Shown in pieces: positions 17,869 through 28,569 of a stretch of 64,000 nucleotides of DNA; within the stretch, counting starts at the first letter, position 1; each line of letters begins with the position of its first letter. Under the pieces are notes generated by a model that was not told the origin of the DNA, searched no databases, and saw nothing but the letters and a program-made list of their open reading frames with translations. The stretch comes from Blastocatellia bacterium. Its GTDB lineage: Bacteria; Acidobacteriota; Blastocatellia; UBA7656. The position numbers were made by a program, and so were the translations under genes. The stretch spans positions 2,924,477-2,988,476 of the forward strand of contig CAVSKO010000002.1 in the NCBI GenBank assembly GCA_963728545.1, written 5' to 3'.

Positions 17869-20800
17869 TCAAGGGTGGCTGCCTCTCGCCTTTTCACCTC
17901 TGGGGTTTTCGATACTCTCTTTTGCCGCTTCCGCTATCCGGCTGAGCGGGACTGTAAGCTTGAGAGTCGTTCCGACGTCGCGCTCTGAAACCATCTCCAG
18001 AGCGCCGCCCAGACCTTTCGCCCGCTCTCGCATGCTCAACAACCCGTGACCATCGCTTTCGCGCGAAACGTCGAAGCCATGCCCGTTGTCGCTAACGATC
18101 AATACCAGGCTATCGTCTGCGAGGCGAAACTCTAGATCGGCTTTCGTGCCGCCGGAATGGCGGACCAGATTGTTGATGGCTTCTTTGAATATAAGAAAGA
18201 TTTCGCGGCGCACGTTGGCTCCGACCTGCACGTCTCGCTCGCGATCAGGCGCGCGAAAAACAAACTCGACGCGCCGGGCCGTCAAAACGTCGCTCGCAAA
18301 GTGGCGCATGCGCTGGCTCAGATCGCCCAGGCGGTCTTTTTTGGGATTGATGGCCCATACGATGTCGCTCATAGAGTTGACCAGCTCGCGCGATAGCCCC
18401 GCAATCATCGACAGCGGTTCTGTAAAGCCCATCCCCGCGCGGCCCACTTGCTGGCTCACGACTTCGCTGAGCAGAGAGATTCGCGTCAGACTGGAGCCGA
18501 TGTCATCGTGCAGATCGGTAGCAATTCGCTTCCGAACTCGTTCAAGCTCGACCAGGCGCTCTTCCTTACTTTTTATCAGCGCTTCTTCGGCGCGCTTGCG
18601 CTCGGTTATGTCACGCGCTACGCCCGTAAAAAAATGATTGTCGTTTCTCTCAAATTCGCCGAACGAGATTTCAAGCGGAATCTCGTGCCCGTTCTTGTGA
18701 AGACCGGGAAGCTCTATGCTGGCCCACGAAAGATGCCTCTTGCCCGTCTCGACGTACCTGGCAAACCCGTCTCTGTGAAGGTGGCGCAGGTACTCGGGCA
18801 TAAGCATTGTCAGGTCCGCGCCCAGCATCTCCGATATTGAATAACCGAACACGGTTTCGGCTGCCGGATTGACAAAGATGATTCGGCTCTTTTCATCTAT
18901 GGTGATGATTGCGTCAGAGGCCGTCTCGGCCAGGGTGCGAAAGCGGTCTTCGCTTTCTTTGATCGCCTTCATTCGCGCGGCGCGATAACGGTCAAAAGAG
19001 AGGATCAATCCTGCAACCAGAATCGCGGCTACTGTCAAAAACCACCAGCGCCGCCAGATGGGAGGCAATATGGTGAAGCCGAACCCGGCAGGCGACTGGC
19101 TCAAAGCGCCGTCCGCGCTCACAGAGCGCACCGTGAATCGATATGCCCCCGGCGAAAGGCTCGCGTAGTTGACGGTGCGCGTATCGCTCGGAGTGCTCCA
19201 ATCCTGATCCGAGCCTTCGAGTTTATATTGATACCGTAGCACTTCGCCGGGGCTAAAACTGAAACCGAAAAAGTCTATCTCAATATGATTCTGGTTGGCG
19301 TTCAACTCGATTCGCGGTATCTCTGTTTCGCCAAGGTCAGAAATCGGTTGTGCAAAACCTTCTATGCGCAGCCCGCCTATAAAAACGGGTGACGGCGGCG
19401 TGGGCCTGCGAGATTCCGGTTCGGGCGTGAACCGAGATAAACCCTGATCCGTGCCGAACCATAGATCGCCCGCGCGGTCACGGAATGCAGCGTAGACGAA
19501 GCTGTCGCCAAGCCCGTCGGCTGCCGTGTAATGCCTGATGCTTTCGGTATCCGGGTCAAGGCGATCTACGCCTCGCGCTGTTGCTACGTAGATTCGCCCC
19601 CAAAAGTCTTCAGTGATGCTATTGACCTGGTTGCTCCCCAACTGGTGTTGAGGATGCCGCGCAGGTTCTCGCCCGTGCCGGTGATGCTATTGACCTGGTT
19701 GCTCCCCAACCCCTGCGCGGTCGTGTAAGTGACAAAGCGAGGGTTGTCGGCGAGCGGGTCATCCATGCGCGCCAGGCCCCCATTGCCGGTCGCAACCCAG
19801 AGCCTGCCCTTGCGGTCGACATAAATTCCGCGAACCATTCCCGCAGGCAGCCCGTTCGCGGCGGTCACAGCCGTGAACCTGCCCGCCGAATAACGAAGCA
19901 GGCCGCCCGTGAAAAACCCTATCCAGACATTGCCCGCAGCGTCTTCGCCAAATGCGGTCGGCCCGGCCAGAGGAATTCCGTTTTCCGGCGAGTAGCGATG
20001 AAAGGTTTCCGTAGCTCGTTCCCATCTGGCAAGAACCTTCTTCGCGTCGTTCATTGTGCTTATCCATACGTCCCCGCGCGAATCTTCGAACAGGCGAAAT
20101 ACTTCATCGCCGTTCATGCCGTCGGCAACGGTAAAGATTGCTTCGGGGCGCGTGGCGGCAAGGCGAGCGCTATCGCGCGTCACAGGGAAGCGACAAAGCC
20201 CGTTGAGCGTCGGCAACCACCATTTCCCCGTGCGGTCTTGGAAGCCTATCTGGTGCCACCCTTCGCCGGGATAGGCGATATTCTTCGGCAGCTTCGGCAG
20301 GTCGGCGATAAAGCGTTGTCCGTCGAATTGATTTATAAAGCCGCGGCTATCTATCGCGTACAATCGCCCCGATATGCCTTCGACAATTGCTCCTATTCTC
20401 GTATCTTTGAATCCATCTCGCTTATCAAAAGTAATGAGAACCGTTGCGAGCCATCTTCATCGCGCCGCTATCGGTTCCGATCCAGAGATTGCCGTCCCTA
20501 TCATCGGCCAGCGTGAGAACATCTTTGCTGCTCAATCCATGATCTGTAGTGTATGTCCGCAATCTCTTTCTGTTCTTATCACTGTCAGGCGCGATCACGC
20601 TCAACCCGCCGTACACACCTGTCCACAGCTTGCCGTCGTGTGTTTGAAAAAGAGAAGTGACCTTGTTATCCGATAACCCGTCACTGATCGTGTATATGTC
20701 GCCGACGACAGGCCGGTATGATCCGGGTTCAAAAACTATCTTACAGAGCCCTTGAGTTGTGCCGACCCACAATTGCCCCGCGTTGTCTTCCAGAAGCGTC

Positions 20801-21546
20801 TGAACCGAGTCGCCGGGCAGCCCTTCTTTGGTCGTGTAGCGCTCCACTCTCCCGTCCGCAAACCGTCTGTAGAGCCCGCTCCCAGCGCCAATCCACAACT
20901 CGCCGCGCTGGTTTTCCAGCAACGCTGCAACGGTGATTTCGCCGTACTTGCTTGCGGGCAGTCCAATATCAATAAAACTGAATGCCCATTGCCCGTCGAG
21001 CTTTTCGGCTCGATAAAGACCTCCTCCGGTCCCGCACCAAACAACTCCCGTGCGATCTTCAATCAGTTTATACGCATACTTCGTTCTCTGGTCATCACTC
21101 AAAGGATGACTGACAAACTTCGAGGGTGAAGAGCGGGTCGGGTAGAAACGGCAGAGGCCGCCCGTAGTAGTGACCCAGTAGACGCCTTCGCCGGTTTCCA
21201 GCAAATCTGTGACATTGCGATCCGGCAAGCCGTCATCTGTGGTGTAGGAGGTGAAACGGTAGCCGTCATATCGCAATAGGCCCTGGCTGGTGCAGAACCA
21301 CAAGAATCCGCGAGAATCTCTCGCTATACGGTTTATCTGATCGCGCGCAAGCCCGTCTTCGATAGTGTAAGTCTTGATGGGCAGTCGCTCGGCCCGCGTT
21401 CCGCCTGTCGCCACAAGCGCGAACGTCAACAAGAGCGTAACGCGAAAGCTGATATTGATGACCAATCTAATCGCGGCTCCCTGAGAAGAGTCAGAATTTA
21501 TAACCAGGCCCCTTCTATCGAGCGATGCTATGGTTTGTCGAATCAC
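17869..21546 (-). pseudogene. Hybrid sensor histidine kinase (Reg_prop beta-propeller / Y_Y_Y / TM / PAS / HisKA_3 / HATPase_c), split into three ORFs
   Basis: The track ORFs are 20425..21546, 19584..20363 and 17869..19641. Together they make one protein with a signal/TM region and two-component-regulator propeller repeats (GLSSKDVLTLADDRDGNLWIGTDSG), then a Y_Y_Y region, a TM helix, a PAS domain, LHDDIGSSLTRISLLSEV (HisKA_3) and an ATPase domain. A 68-bp insertion at 19643-19710, containing a 30-bp duplication, causes break 1. A +1 frame change near 20430-20450 causes break 2. Confidence 0.6.
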
Positions 21547-21610
21547 AAGTCAAGGAATCAATATGAAGTATCAGGGTCAATTCATTCTCCGAAGCCGCGA
21601 AATAATAATT

Positions 21611-21790
21611 GCCCCGGAGGGGCAAACGGACATTAGCCGGTGGTGAAGCCACCGGATTGATCGGCCAAACGCTCTCGCGCCCTGGAGGGGCGCTGGACCG
21701 GAGCATTCTCCTGCGCCCCTCCGGGGCGCGCGACATGGTTGGTAATGAATTCCGGTGGCTTCACCACCGGCTAATATCTTTCGCTCTTCC
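21611..21790. repeat. Family C palindromic repeat, copy 1 of 2
   Basis: ATTAGCCGGTGGTGAAGCCACCGG … CCGGTGGCTTCACCACCGGCTAATATCTTT, with an internal GCGCCCTGGAGGGGCGC…GCGCCCCTCCGGGGCGCG hairpin. Second copy at 33463-33650. Confidence 0.6.
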
Positions 21791-21855
21791 AGAGCGATTC
21801 AAGACAATGCATAGACCCTGTATGAAGTATCGGCTCGCTTGAGCTATCATTCCTT

Positions 21856-22131
21856 ATGGTCGAACGAAGGGGGAAGTTGATGAACAGGGTAAAAGTTTAT
21901 GGGGCAGATTGGTGTGAAGACACGCAACGCGCGCGCGAGCGTTTGGATAATATGGGCGTCGGCTATGACTATGTAAACGTCGAAAAGGAGCAAGGCGCTT
22001 CCGATTGGGTGAAGGAGCAAAACGGCGGCAAAGAGCGAAAGCCGACTATCAAGATTGACGAGCGCGTGCTGTCGGTCCCGGCAGACGATGAGCTTGAAAA
22101 CGCGCTCCGTGAACGAGGCATTGTTGATTAG
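21856..22131 (+). CDS. Glutaredoxin-like thioredoxin-fold protein (single Cys: WCEDT)
   Basis: KVYGADWCEDTQRARERL…KPTIKIDERVL fits a small glutaredoxin/NrdH-like fold. Confidence 0.5.
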   Translation: MVERRGKLMNRVKVYGADWCEDTQRARERLDNMGVGYDYVNVEKEQGASDWVKEQNGGKERKPTIKIDERVLSVPADDELENALRERGIVD

Positions 22132-22146
22132 AGGAAAAATACGGCG

Positions 22147-22593
22147 ATGAAATGGGAAGAATTCGCAACTGCCGCTCCCGAGCTTGCGGCTTTCGGCGCG
22201 AAGCGGCTGGAGACAAAGGTGGCTTACCTTGCGACCCTGCGACGTGACGGCTCGCCTCGCGTGCATCCCGTAAGCCCGTTCGTAGCCTCCGGCCATCTGT
22301 TTGTCTATATGGAGCCGACTTCGCCAAAGGGCCACGACCTGCGCCGCGATGGCCGCTACAGCCTGCACTGCTCTGTGGCAGATATCGAAGGCGGCGAGGG
22401 CGAATTTTTAATAAGCGGGCGGGCGGCCCTTTCCGAAGATCCTGGAATGCGAGAGGTCGCTTTCGCGGCAGCGAAAGAATTGGGCTTCACGCCGAAGGAC
22501 CGCTACATACTATTCGAGCTGAGCGTGGAGAGCTGTCTTGCGACGACCTACCAGACGGGCGAGCCTGTGCGTCTCAGGTGGAAGCAAAGCTAA
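22147..22593 (+). CDS. Pyridoxamine 5'-phosphate oxidase family (FMN-binding split-barrel) protein
   Basis: …LATLRRDGSPRVHPVSP…LFVYMEPTSPKGHDLRRDGRYSLH… is a PPOX-like pattern. The protein is 148 aa. Confidence 0.6.
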   Translation: MKWEEFATAAPELAAFGAKRLETKVAYLATLRRDGSPRVHPVSPFVASGHLFVYMEPTSPKGHDLRRDGRYSLHCSVADIEGGEGEFLISGRAALSEDPGMREVAFAAAKELGFTPKDRYILFELSVESCLATTYQTGEPVRLRWKQS

Positions 22594-22606
22594 CGGTGGA
22601 GAGGCC

Positions 22607-23401
22607 ATGAAAATAGAGATCGACGGGATCAACATAGACTACTCGGACGAGGGCGCGGGGCTTCCCATAATTTTTATTCACGCCTTCCCGCTCAACCAGA
22701 CTATGTGGGGAGATCAAGTCTCCGCGCTCAACTCACGCTTTCGCGTCATCACGCCGGACCTGCGAGGCTTCGGCAAATCGGACGCGCCTGCCGGGCCTTA
22801 CTCGATGGACCGGATGGCATCGGACTTGCGCGCACTGATGCAGGCTCTTTCGATAGATAGCGCAGTAATCGCAGGCTGCTCGATGGGCGGATATGTAGCG
22901 TTCGCTTTTTATCGAAATTATCCCGAGGCCGCGCGCGCATTGGTGCTCGTAGATACGCGAGCGGGATCGGACGCCGAAGAGGCGCGTGAGCGCCGCGAGC
23001 AGTCCGCCCAGAAAGCCGAACGCGAAGGCGCTCGCGCTATCGCTGATGACATGACGCCGCTTTTGTTAGGCTCGACGACCGAATCGAGCAGGCCTGAGAT
23101 TGTTCAAAGAGTGCGCGCGATGATAGAAGCAACTTCGCCGCGCGGGATAGCCGCAGCTCAAAGAGGCATGGCCGCTCGCCGGGATTCGGTTTCCCTGCTT
23201 TCCGAAATCGCCTGCCCTGTGCTCGCGATTGCCGGCTCGGAAGATAAGCTGGCGGGGCGGGTCGAGGCGGAAGCCATTGCCGGCAAAATACCCGGCGCGA
23301 GATTACGAGTGATCGAATCGGCGGGCCATCTGCCAAACCTTGAGCAACCCGAAGAATTTAACAAAGCCTTGATCGAGTTTCTTGAATTTCTTTCCGACTG
23401 A
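22607..23401 (+). CDS. Alpha/beta-fold hydrolase
   Basis: Start MKIEIDGINIDYSDEGAGLPIIFIHAFPLNQTMW. Nucleophile elbow GCSMGG. Conserved His near the C-terminus (SAGHLPNLEQP). An SD GGAGAGG precedes the ATG. Confidence 0.8.
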   Translation: MKIEIDGINIDYSDEGAGLPIIFIHAFPLNQTMWGDQVSALNSRFRVITPDLRGFGKSDAPAGPYSMDRMASDLRALMQALSIDSAVIAGCSMGGYVAFAFYRNYPEAARALVLVDTRAGSDAEEARERREQSAQKAEREGARAIADDMTPLLLGSTTESSRPEIVQRVRAMIEATSPRGIAAAQRGMAARRDSVSLLSEIACPVLAIAGSEDKLAGRVEAEAIAGKIPGARLRVIESAGHLPNLEQPEEFNKALIEFLEFLSD

Positions 23402-23636
23402 ATTACGTCAAAATACATGTAGACAACGGTGCAAGCTTCGCGTAGAATCCGGTCGCATTCTCAAGGCCCGGATGGTTGATATTCAGTTAGCCAAAGCCGG
23501 CCACACTGTAGTTAAGTTTACCTCAGCCTCGCTCGACAGTCTCAGTCGAAATCGTTGAGGCAACGGCTTCCGGCATCATCGACAAATCGCAAGCACTGTT
23601 ACCAACCGGTAACTTATCAGCGCAGGAGGGAGATCC

Positions 23637-24083
23637 ATGAAGAGAGCAATTTTGTTAAGCCTTGTCCTTGCTTTCGCATACTCATGTGGGAGAAATGATA
23701 TGAACGGTAAGCGTGAACCGGGCACCACAAAGGAAGTTAAGATCATCATCAGCGACCCGACTACTGGCCCTTTAAAGGTCACCGCCGACCCGGACCCTGC
23801 GACAATAGGCAGAGATGGAGTAGTCAAGTGGCAGCTCGTTTACAAATCAGGGCCGCCGCTCGACAGCGTCGTCATCGACGGGTTCAAGTCTGCCTCGGGC
23901 GCTACGGACCCGTTCGAAGGCGGATCGACATTCACTTTCGGCTATGTCGCTTCGGGGACTTCCGAGCCTAGCGAGACAAGCAGCCTGCCCAACAAGGGTG
24001 GCGATTTTAAGTACAATGTGACGGTGACGATTGCGGGCGGCGCGCCGGTACTGTTTGACCCCAGATTGATCGTCAATTATTGA
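23637..24083 (+). CDS. Hypothetical lipoprotein
   Basis: Lipobox LAFAYSCG. 148 aa. I recognise no motif. Confidence 0.45.
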   Translation: MKRAILLSLVLAFAYSCGRNDMNGKREPGTTKEVKIIISDPTTGPLKVTADPDPATIGRDGVVKWQLVYKSGPPLDSVVIDGFKSASGATDPFEGGSTFTFGYVASGTSEPSETSSLPNKGGDFKYNVTVTIAGGAPVLFDPRLIVNY

Positions 24084-26632
24084 TCGTCGCCGCCAAACAG
24101 AGCTTTATATTCCGGCGACTCTCTTAGCGTTTCAAGGTCCGGGTCGCGCTCGGATTCCGAGCGGCTGTAACCGTGAGCGAGCGCGCGGCTGAGGCTCTCT
24201 GTAGCTTTGCGGGCATCTCCGACGAGCGCGTAGACGACCGCGCGCTGGTACATCAGATCCGTGTTGCGCGGCTCAAGCGTGACCGCGCGCTCGACCGTGT
24301 CGATTGCCTCTTGATGGTTTCCGAGCTTGGCGTGACAGATAGCCAGGTCGCCCAGCGACTCCGCATCATCCGGGTTGATTGCCAGCCGCGATTGCAAAAG
24401 TTTTCCCGCCTGCTCGTATTGTTCCCCGGCTTCGCGCGCCTTGCCCACGCGCAGATAAGCGTCTCCAAGATTGCGATACAGAATATTATCGTGAGGGCTT
24501 AACCCTATTGCGGCGCGATAAGCCTGTTTCGCCTCCTCGTATCGTCCGAGGTAGAAATAAGCCGTCCCAAGATTCGAGTAAGATTCGGGGTTCGGATAAA
24601 TCTCGATTGCGCGCTCGTGCATTACCAGCGCGTCTTCATACATGCCTAACGCGCTGTACATCGAGCCGAGCTTATCGTAGCCATGATAGTTGTCGGGCTG
24701 TATCGCTATGACGCGGCGAAACTGCTCCGCCGCGTCACGGTAGCGGCCAAAAAGGTAATAGCCGATCCCCAGCGCGTTATAATTGTCCCAGTAGCCCGGC
24801 CGGACTTCTATGGCCTTCTCAAAATAGCTGATCGCCTGCGCCATCTCTCCTTTCTGCATGTAGCAGCGGCCAAGCCATCTGTATGGGTCGTCAGAGGCGG
24901 GCTGCAACTCGCGCGCTCGCTCGAACTCTTCGATGGCTCTTTCGACCTTGCCCGTCTCGTGGTAGACGATGCCGAGCAGGACGTATACCTGCGCCTGGTG
25001 AGGGTCGAGCACCAGCGCGCGGTCGCCCGCCGCGATGGCGCGCTCGAACCAGACCGCGTCGCGCGTAGCCAGATACTTGCGCCAGTAGGCTTCGCCCAGC
25101 CCGGCCTGCGCGAGCGCGAATTCGGCGTCGAGCTTGAGCGCTTCTTCAAAGACCTGTACGGCGGAATCGATGTTCTCTTTGACATCGCGCCGCTCCAGCA
25201 AGGCTCGCCCCTTTGAATAAAGCTCGAATGCATCCATGTTGGTGGTCGCCGGTCGAGCCATCTGATCGCGCACTTCGTTTGATATGCTCAGCTTCAGCGC
25301 CGACGCCACGCTCTCGCAGACCGCATCCTGTATGCTGAACAGGTCCGACACATCGCCCCTGTATTGCGCCCCCCAGATCACCCTTCCGCTTTCAGCGTCC
25401 GTGAGCCGCGCCATTATGCCTATCACCTCGCCCGAGCGCATGACTTCGCCTTCGAGTATTATGGTAGCCCCTAACTGGCGCGCGAGGTTGTGCGCCCCGG
25501 TCTGCTGAATCTGATCTATGCGCCCGGCCCCGGCTGCTTTTGAGAGGACCGAGAGGCCGCCTATCTTTGCGAGGTCCGTTATGATCGCGTGCGCAAGCCC
25601 GACGCCTATAAATGAGCTTTCCTCTCCCGACCCAACGGCTTCGAGCGGCAACACGAGTATGGTGGGGGGCGAGGACCGCCTTGACTGGTTGCCTGTCGCC
25701 GATACTTGCCAGCTTTTCGCAGACTCTTGCGGGCTTTCCGCAGGCAGAGAGACTGCTACGGTCTGCCCGACGGCTTGCTCGGGGCAAGCCAGCAGCGCGT
25801 TTTTCAAGTTGATAAATGATGAGAAGCGGCGCTCGCGGTTCCTTTCCAGGCAGCGCATCACAACGCGGTCGAGCCCGCGAGGGAACCCGGCCGGTAGCTC
25901 ATCTATTTCGGCGGCCCTGTCTTTAAGTATCGATGCGGCGACATCGAACGGGCTTTCGCCCGAAAACGGCAGACGGCCCATTATCACTTCATAAAGCATT
26001 ATGCCGAACGAAAAGATGTCCGTCCGCTCGTCAAGCTCGCGCCCCAGCAACTGTTCGGGCGACATATACGAGAGCGTGCCCATCACGGTCCCCGATTCCG
26101 TGAGGCTATTTATCATCGTAGGCCCGCGAAGCGCGGAGTTGAACGTTCCGAACGCCTTCGCCAAACCGAAATCGAGCACCTTGACCAGGCCGCGCTCAGT
26201 CACAAGAATATTTTCAGGCTTCACGTCACGATGGATGACGCCGCGCGAGTGAGCCTCGGCAAGCGCATCGCAAATCTGGCGCGCAACATCGAGGACGGCT
26301 TCGGGTTTGAGCGAGCGGGTCGTTATACAATGGCGCAGGCTGCGCCCCTCGACGTACTCCATCACGATAAAGGCGTTCTCGTCGGTTTCGCCTACTTCGT
26401 GGATAGTAACGATGTTCGGGTGATTGATCTGAGATGCGGCGCGCGCTTCTCTGAGGAAGCGTAACCCTGCGCCGGGAAGATGGCGCTCTGTTTTCGACAG
26501 CACCTTGATCGCAACGGTTCGTAACAGTTGCAGGTCATCGGCCTTGTAAACTTCTCCCATCCCGCCCGCGCCGAGCTTTTCGATCACCCTGTACCTGGTA
26601 AGCCCTTTTAGCACGTCTTCCACAGAGAGCAT
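24077..26632 (-). CDS. Ser/Thr protein kinase with C-terminal TPR repeat array
   Basis: GAGGMGEVYKA, AIK, HRDVKPENILV and DFGLAK motifs. The C-terminal roughly 400 aa has many TPR-like repeats (YYxLG…A…). The protein is 851 aa. Confidence 0.85.
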   Translation of the reverse strand: MLSVEDVLKGLTRYRVIEKLGAGGMGEVYKADDLQLLRTVAIKVLSKTERHLPGAGLRFLREARAASQINHPNIVTIHEVGETDENAFIVMEYVEGRSLRHCITTRSLKPEAVLDVARQICDALAEAHSRGVIHRDVKPENILVTERGLVKVLDFGLAKAFGTFNSALRGPTMINSLTESGTVMGTLSYMSPEQLLGRELDERTDIFSFGIMLYEVIMGRLPFSGESPFDVAASILKDRAAEIDELPAGFPRGLDRVVMRCLERNRERRFSSFINLKNALLACPEQAVGQTVAVSLPAESPQESAKSWQVSATGNQSRRSSPPTILVLPLEAVGSGEESSFIGVGLAHAIITDLAKIGGLSVLSKAAGAGRIDQIQQTGAHNLARQLGATIILEGEVMRSGEVIGIMARLTDAESGRVIWGAQYRGDVSDLFSIQDAVCESVASALKLSISNEVRDQMARPATTNMDAFELYSKGRALLERRDVKENIDSAVQVFEEALKLDAEFALAQAGLGEAYWRKYLATRDAVWFERAIAAGDRALVLDPHQAQVYVLLGIVYHETGKVERAIEEFERARELQPASDDPYRWLGRCYMQKGEMAQAISYFEKAIEVRPGYWDNYNALGIGYYLFGRYRDAAEQFRRVIAIQPDNYHGYDKLGSMYSALGMYEDALVMHERAIEIYPNPESYSNLGTAYFYLGRYEEAKQAYRAAIGLSPHDNILYRNLGDAYLRVGKAREAGEQYEQAGKLLQSRLAINPDDAESLGDLAICHAKLGNHQEAIDTVERAVTLEPRNTDLMYQRAVVYALVGDARKATESLSRALAHGYSRSESERDPDLETLRESPEYKALFGGDDQ

Positions 26633-26672
26633 TATACTAACGATTTATTCTGGAAAGAACCGGCTGCCGACT

Positions 26673-27146
26673 TCAGCTTAATCGGACGTAGCCCCCGCGA
26701 AAGTAAGCGAGCGGGTGTCCCTCGCTCACGTGTGTCGCCAGAACCTCTCCGATTACTATCGTGTGGTCGCCGCCGGGGTACGAGTGTGTGACGCAGCACT
26801 CTAGAGAAGTAAGGGCTCCGTTTATTAAAGGAGCGCCCGTGTCCCCTTCCCTGTATCCGAGGCCCTCGAAGCGGTCAGGGTCTTTTGAAGCGAAGCGGCG
26901 CGAAACAAGCTCCTGATCTTGGGCCAGTATGTTGACCGCAAAATGGTCCCCCTCGTTGAGATGGTCGTGAAGGGACGCCCTTTTATCTATGCAGATCAAG
27001 ACCAGGGGCGGCTCAAGCGACAGCGACGAAAACGCGCTCACGGTAATGCCGCGCAAGGCGCCATCTTCCGAGCGGCTTGTGACAACAGTCACGCCGCTTG
27101 CGAAATGGCCGAGGGCGCGGCGAAACTCATCCTTGCTGACTGTCAT
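26673..27146 (-). CDS. Flavin reductase (FMN-binding, HpaC-like) family protein
   Basis: MTVSKDEFRRALGHFASGVTVVTS…GITVSAFSSLSLEPPLVLICI. The start ATG is preceded by AGAGGAAG. Confidence 0.7.
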   Translation of the reverse strand: MTVSKDEFRRALGHFASGVTVVTSRSEDGALRGITVSAFSSLSLEPPLVLICIDKRASLHDHLNEGDHFAVNILAQDQELVSRRFASKDPDRFEGLGYREGDTGAPLINGALTSLECCVTHSYPGGDHTIVIGEVLATHVSEGHPLAYFRGGYVRLS

Positions 27147-27232
27147 TGCTTCCTCTTTATGACGCCATTTGTTGAATGAAGGCGGCAAGCTGCGAAGAGA
27201 GAACCCCTCGCAGCTTGCCGATGGTAGCCTGG

Positions 27233-28300
27233 TTACTGGTTCGAGGCCGGTTTTTTATATTTATCGATCAACGCCTGCAGGCCATCGGTTTTGCCGCTGT
27301 TGCGGTATTTGTAATAAGTGGTCAGGTCTTGCAAAACCTGATCGTGAAGCTGCTGGTATTGAGCATTGCCTTCCGAGAGCGCGACGGCGCGGGCGAACAT
27401 ATCGATCACCTCATCCAGCTTCATGTGCGCGTCCTTTAGCATCTGATCCTTCAGGGGGCCGGCGCTCATCTCTTTGTGCTTGGCGGCAAGCTGCTGATAC
27501 TCCTCGTTGCTCAGGCTTCCCAAAAGCATGTAGGTGACGGGGTCGGTTGATGCGACGGCCACGGACTTTTCGAGCTTTGCCTTCGCGTCGGCCTTGTTGC
27601 CGGTGACGAACGCGAGTATTCCCATAGATTGATAAAGGGGCGGCAGCCACTGATTCTTATATTGAGTCCACGCCGCCGCGTCCATACTTGCGGGCATCTT
27701 ATTGGCTTCGATCAACTCTATGGCCTTCACGCCGTAAGTCTGGCTCACCTGGACAAATTTCGGGTTCCTTGCCTTTGCCTGGTCCGTGCCCAGAAGCGAC
27801 ATGTGCGTGAGAACTATCACGTCATTAGGGTTCTTCTCTATGATCGTGGCGGCGACGCGGAATGAGTCATCAATCCGGTTCGCCTTCAGATACGCGTCCA
27901 GGAGAACGGTATTGAGCTTGTCGGCATCGCCCGGCTGGTTGAAGATGATCAACGCCTTCTCAATCAGCGGGATTTGCTGCGCCGCATCAGGCATCTTGCT
28001 TATCTCTCCCGAAACGTGCATGACGACTTCATTGCGTCGCGTGCTTTTTGGATACTTCTTGACGAACTCTTCGGCAGCCACGAGCTTGGCCGCCGGGTCA
28101 GCCGCGTCTCTGACTTTAATGAGCGCCTTCTCTTCGGCTTCATTGACCTGCGGCGCTTTCGGTTGAGGTTTATCCTGATTCTTGTACGGGTCTTGTGTGT
28201 TGTACGAGCCTGCGGACGAGCCTTGGGCGAAGGCCACAGGAGTTACGGCAACCAGGCAGACAGCAAGCGCCCGCATCGCAGGAAAAAATATAGATTTCAT
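27233..28300 (-). CDS. Hypothetical secreted protein
   Basis: Start MKSIFFPAMRALAVCLVAVTPVAFAQ (signal peptide). I recognise no motif. Confidence 0.5.
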   Translation of the reverse strand: MKSIFFPAMRALAVCLVAVTPVAFAQGSSAGSYNTQDPYKNQDKPQPKAPQVNEAEEKALIKVRDAADPAAKLVAAEEFVKKYPKSTRRNEVVMHVSGEISKMPDAAQQIPLIEKALIIFNQPGDADKLNTVLLDAYLKANRIDDSFRVAATIIEKNPNDVIVLTHMSLLGTDQAKARNPKFVQVSQTYGVKAIELIEANKMPASMDAAAWTQYKNQWLPPLYQSMGILAFVTGNKADAKAKLEKSVAVASTDPVTYMLLGSLSNEEYQQLAAKHKEMSAGPLKDQMLKDAHMKLDEVIDMFARAVALSEGNAQYQQLHDQVLQDLTTYYKYRNSGKTDGLQALIDKYKKPASNQ

Positions 28301-28569
28301 GGCTGACCTCATTCTTTCTTTGGATTCAATATCAAGGTTGCGAAAACTCTGCCACAACGCTTTTCCTATTGTGCTTTAAGCGGACGGCCATTGGCAAGTT
28401 GCAAACCGAGCGCCCCAGGCGGGCAACGCGAGCGATAGGCTTCGATCATCTCAATTCCTGGAGTAGCCAGGGGTGTCTTGTGTCGCTTCCATTTTAGCGA
28501 CTACAATCTCAGTAGAGATTGTAGAGGTCGAAAAGAGGCCCGACTAAGCTCAGAACGGAGAGCAGTAAA

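Noticed and set aside
22538-22606. Upstream extension of the alpha/beta hydrolase ORF (track start 22538).
   Set aside because: The extension (MRRPTRRASLCVSGGSKANGGEA) overlaps the preceding PPOX gene and lacks an SD. The ATG at 22607 with GGAGAGG upstream gives a typical hydrolase N-terminus.
23402-23636. Candidate promoter TAGACA-17-TAGAAT at about 23420-23448 with a roughly 190-nt leader before the lipoprotein gene, which might encode a small RNA.
   Set aside because: It is only a sequence-level promoter resemblance, with no conserved structure or repeat to support an ncRNA. I left it unannotated.
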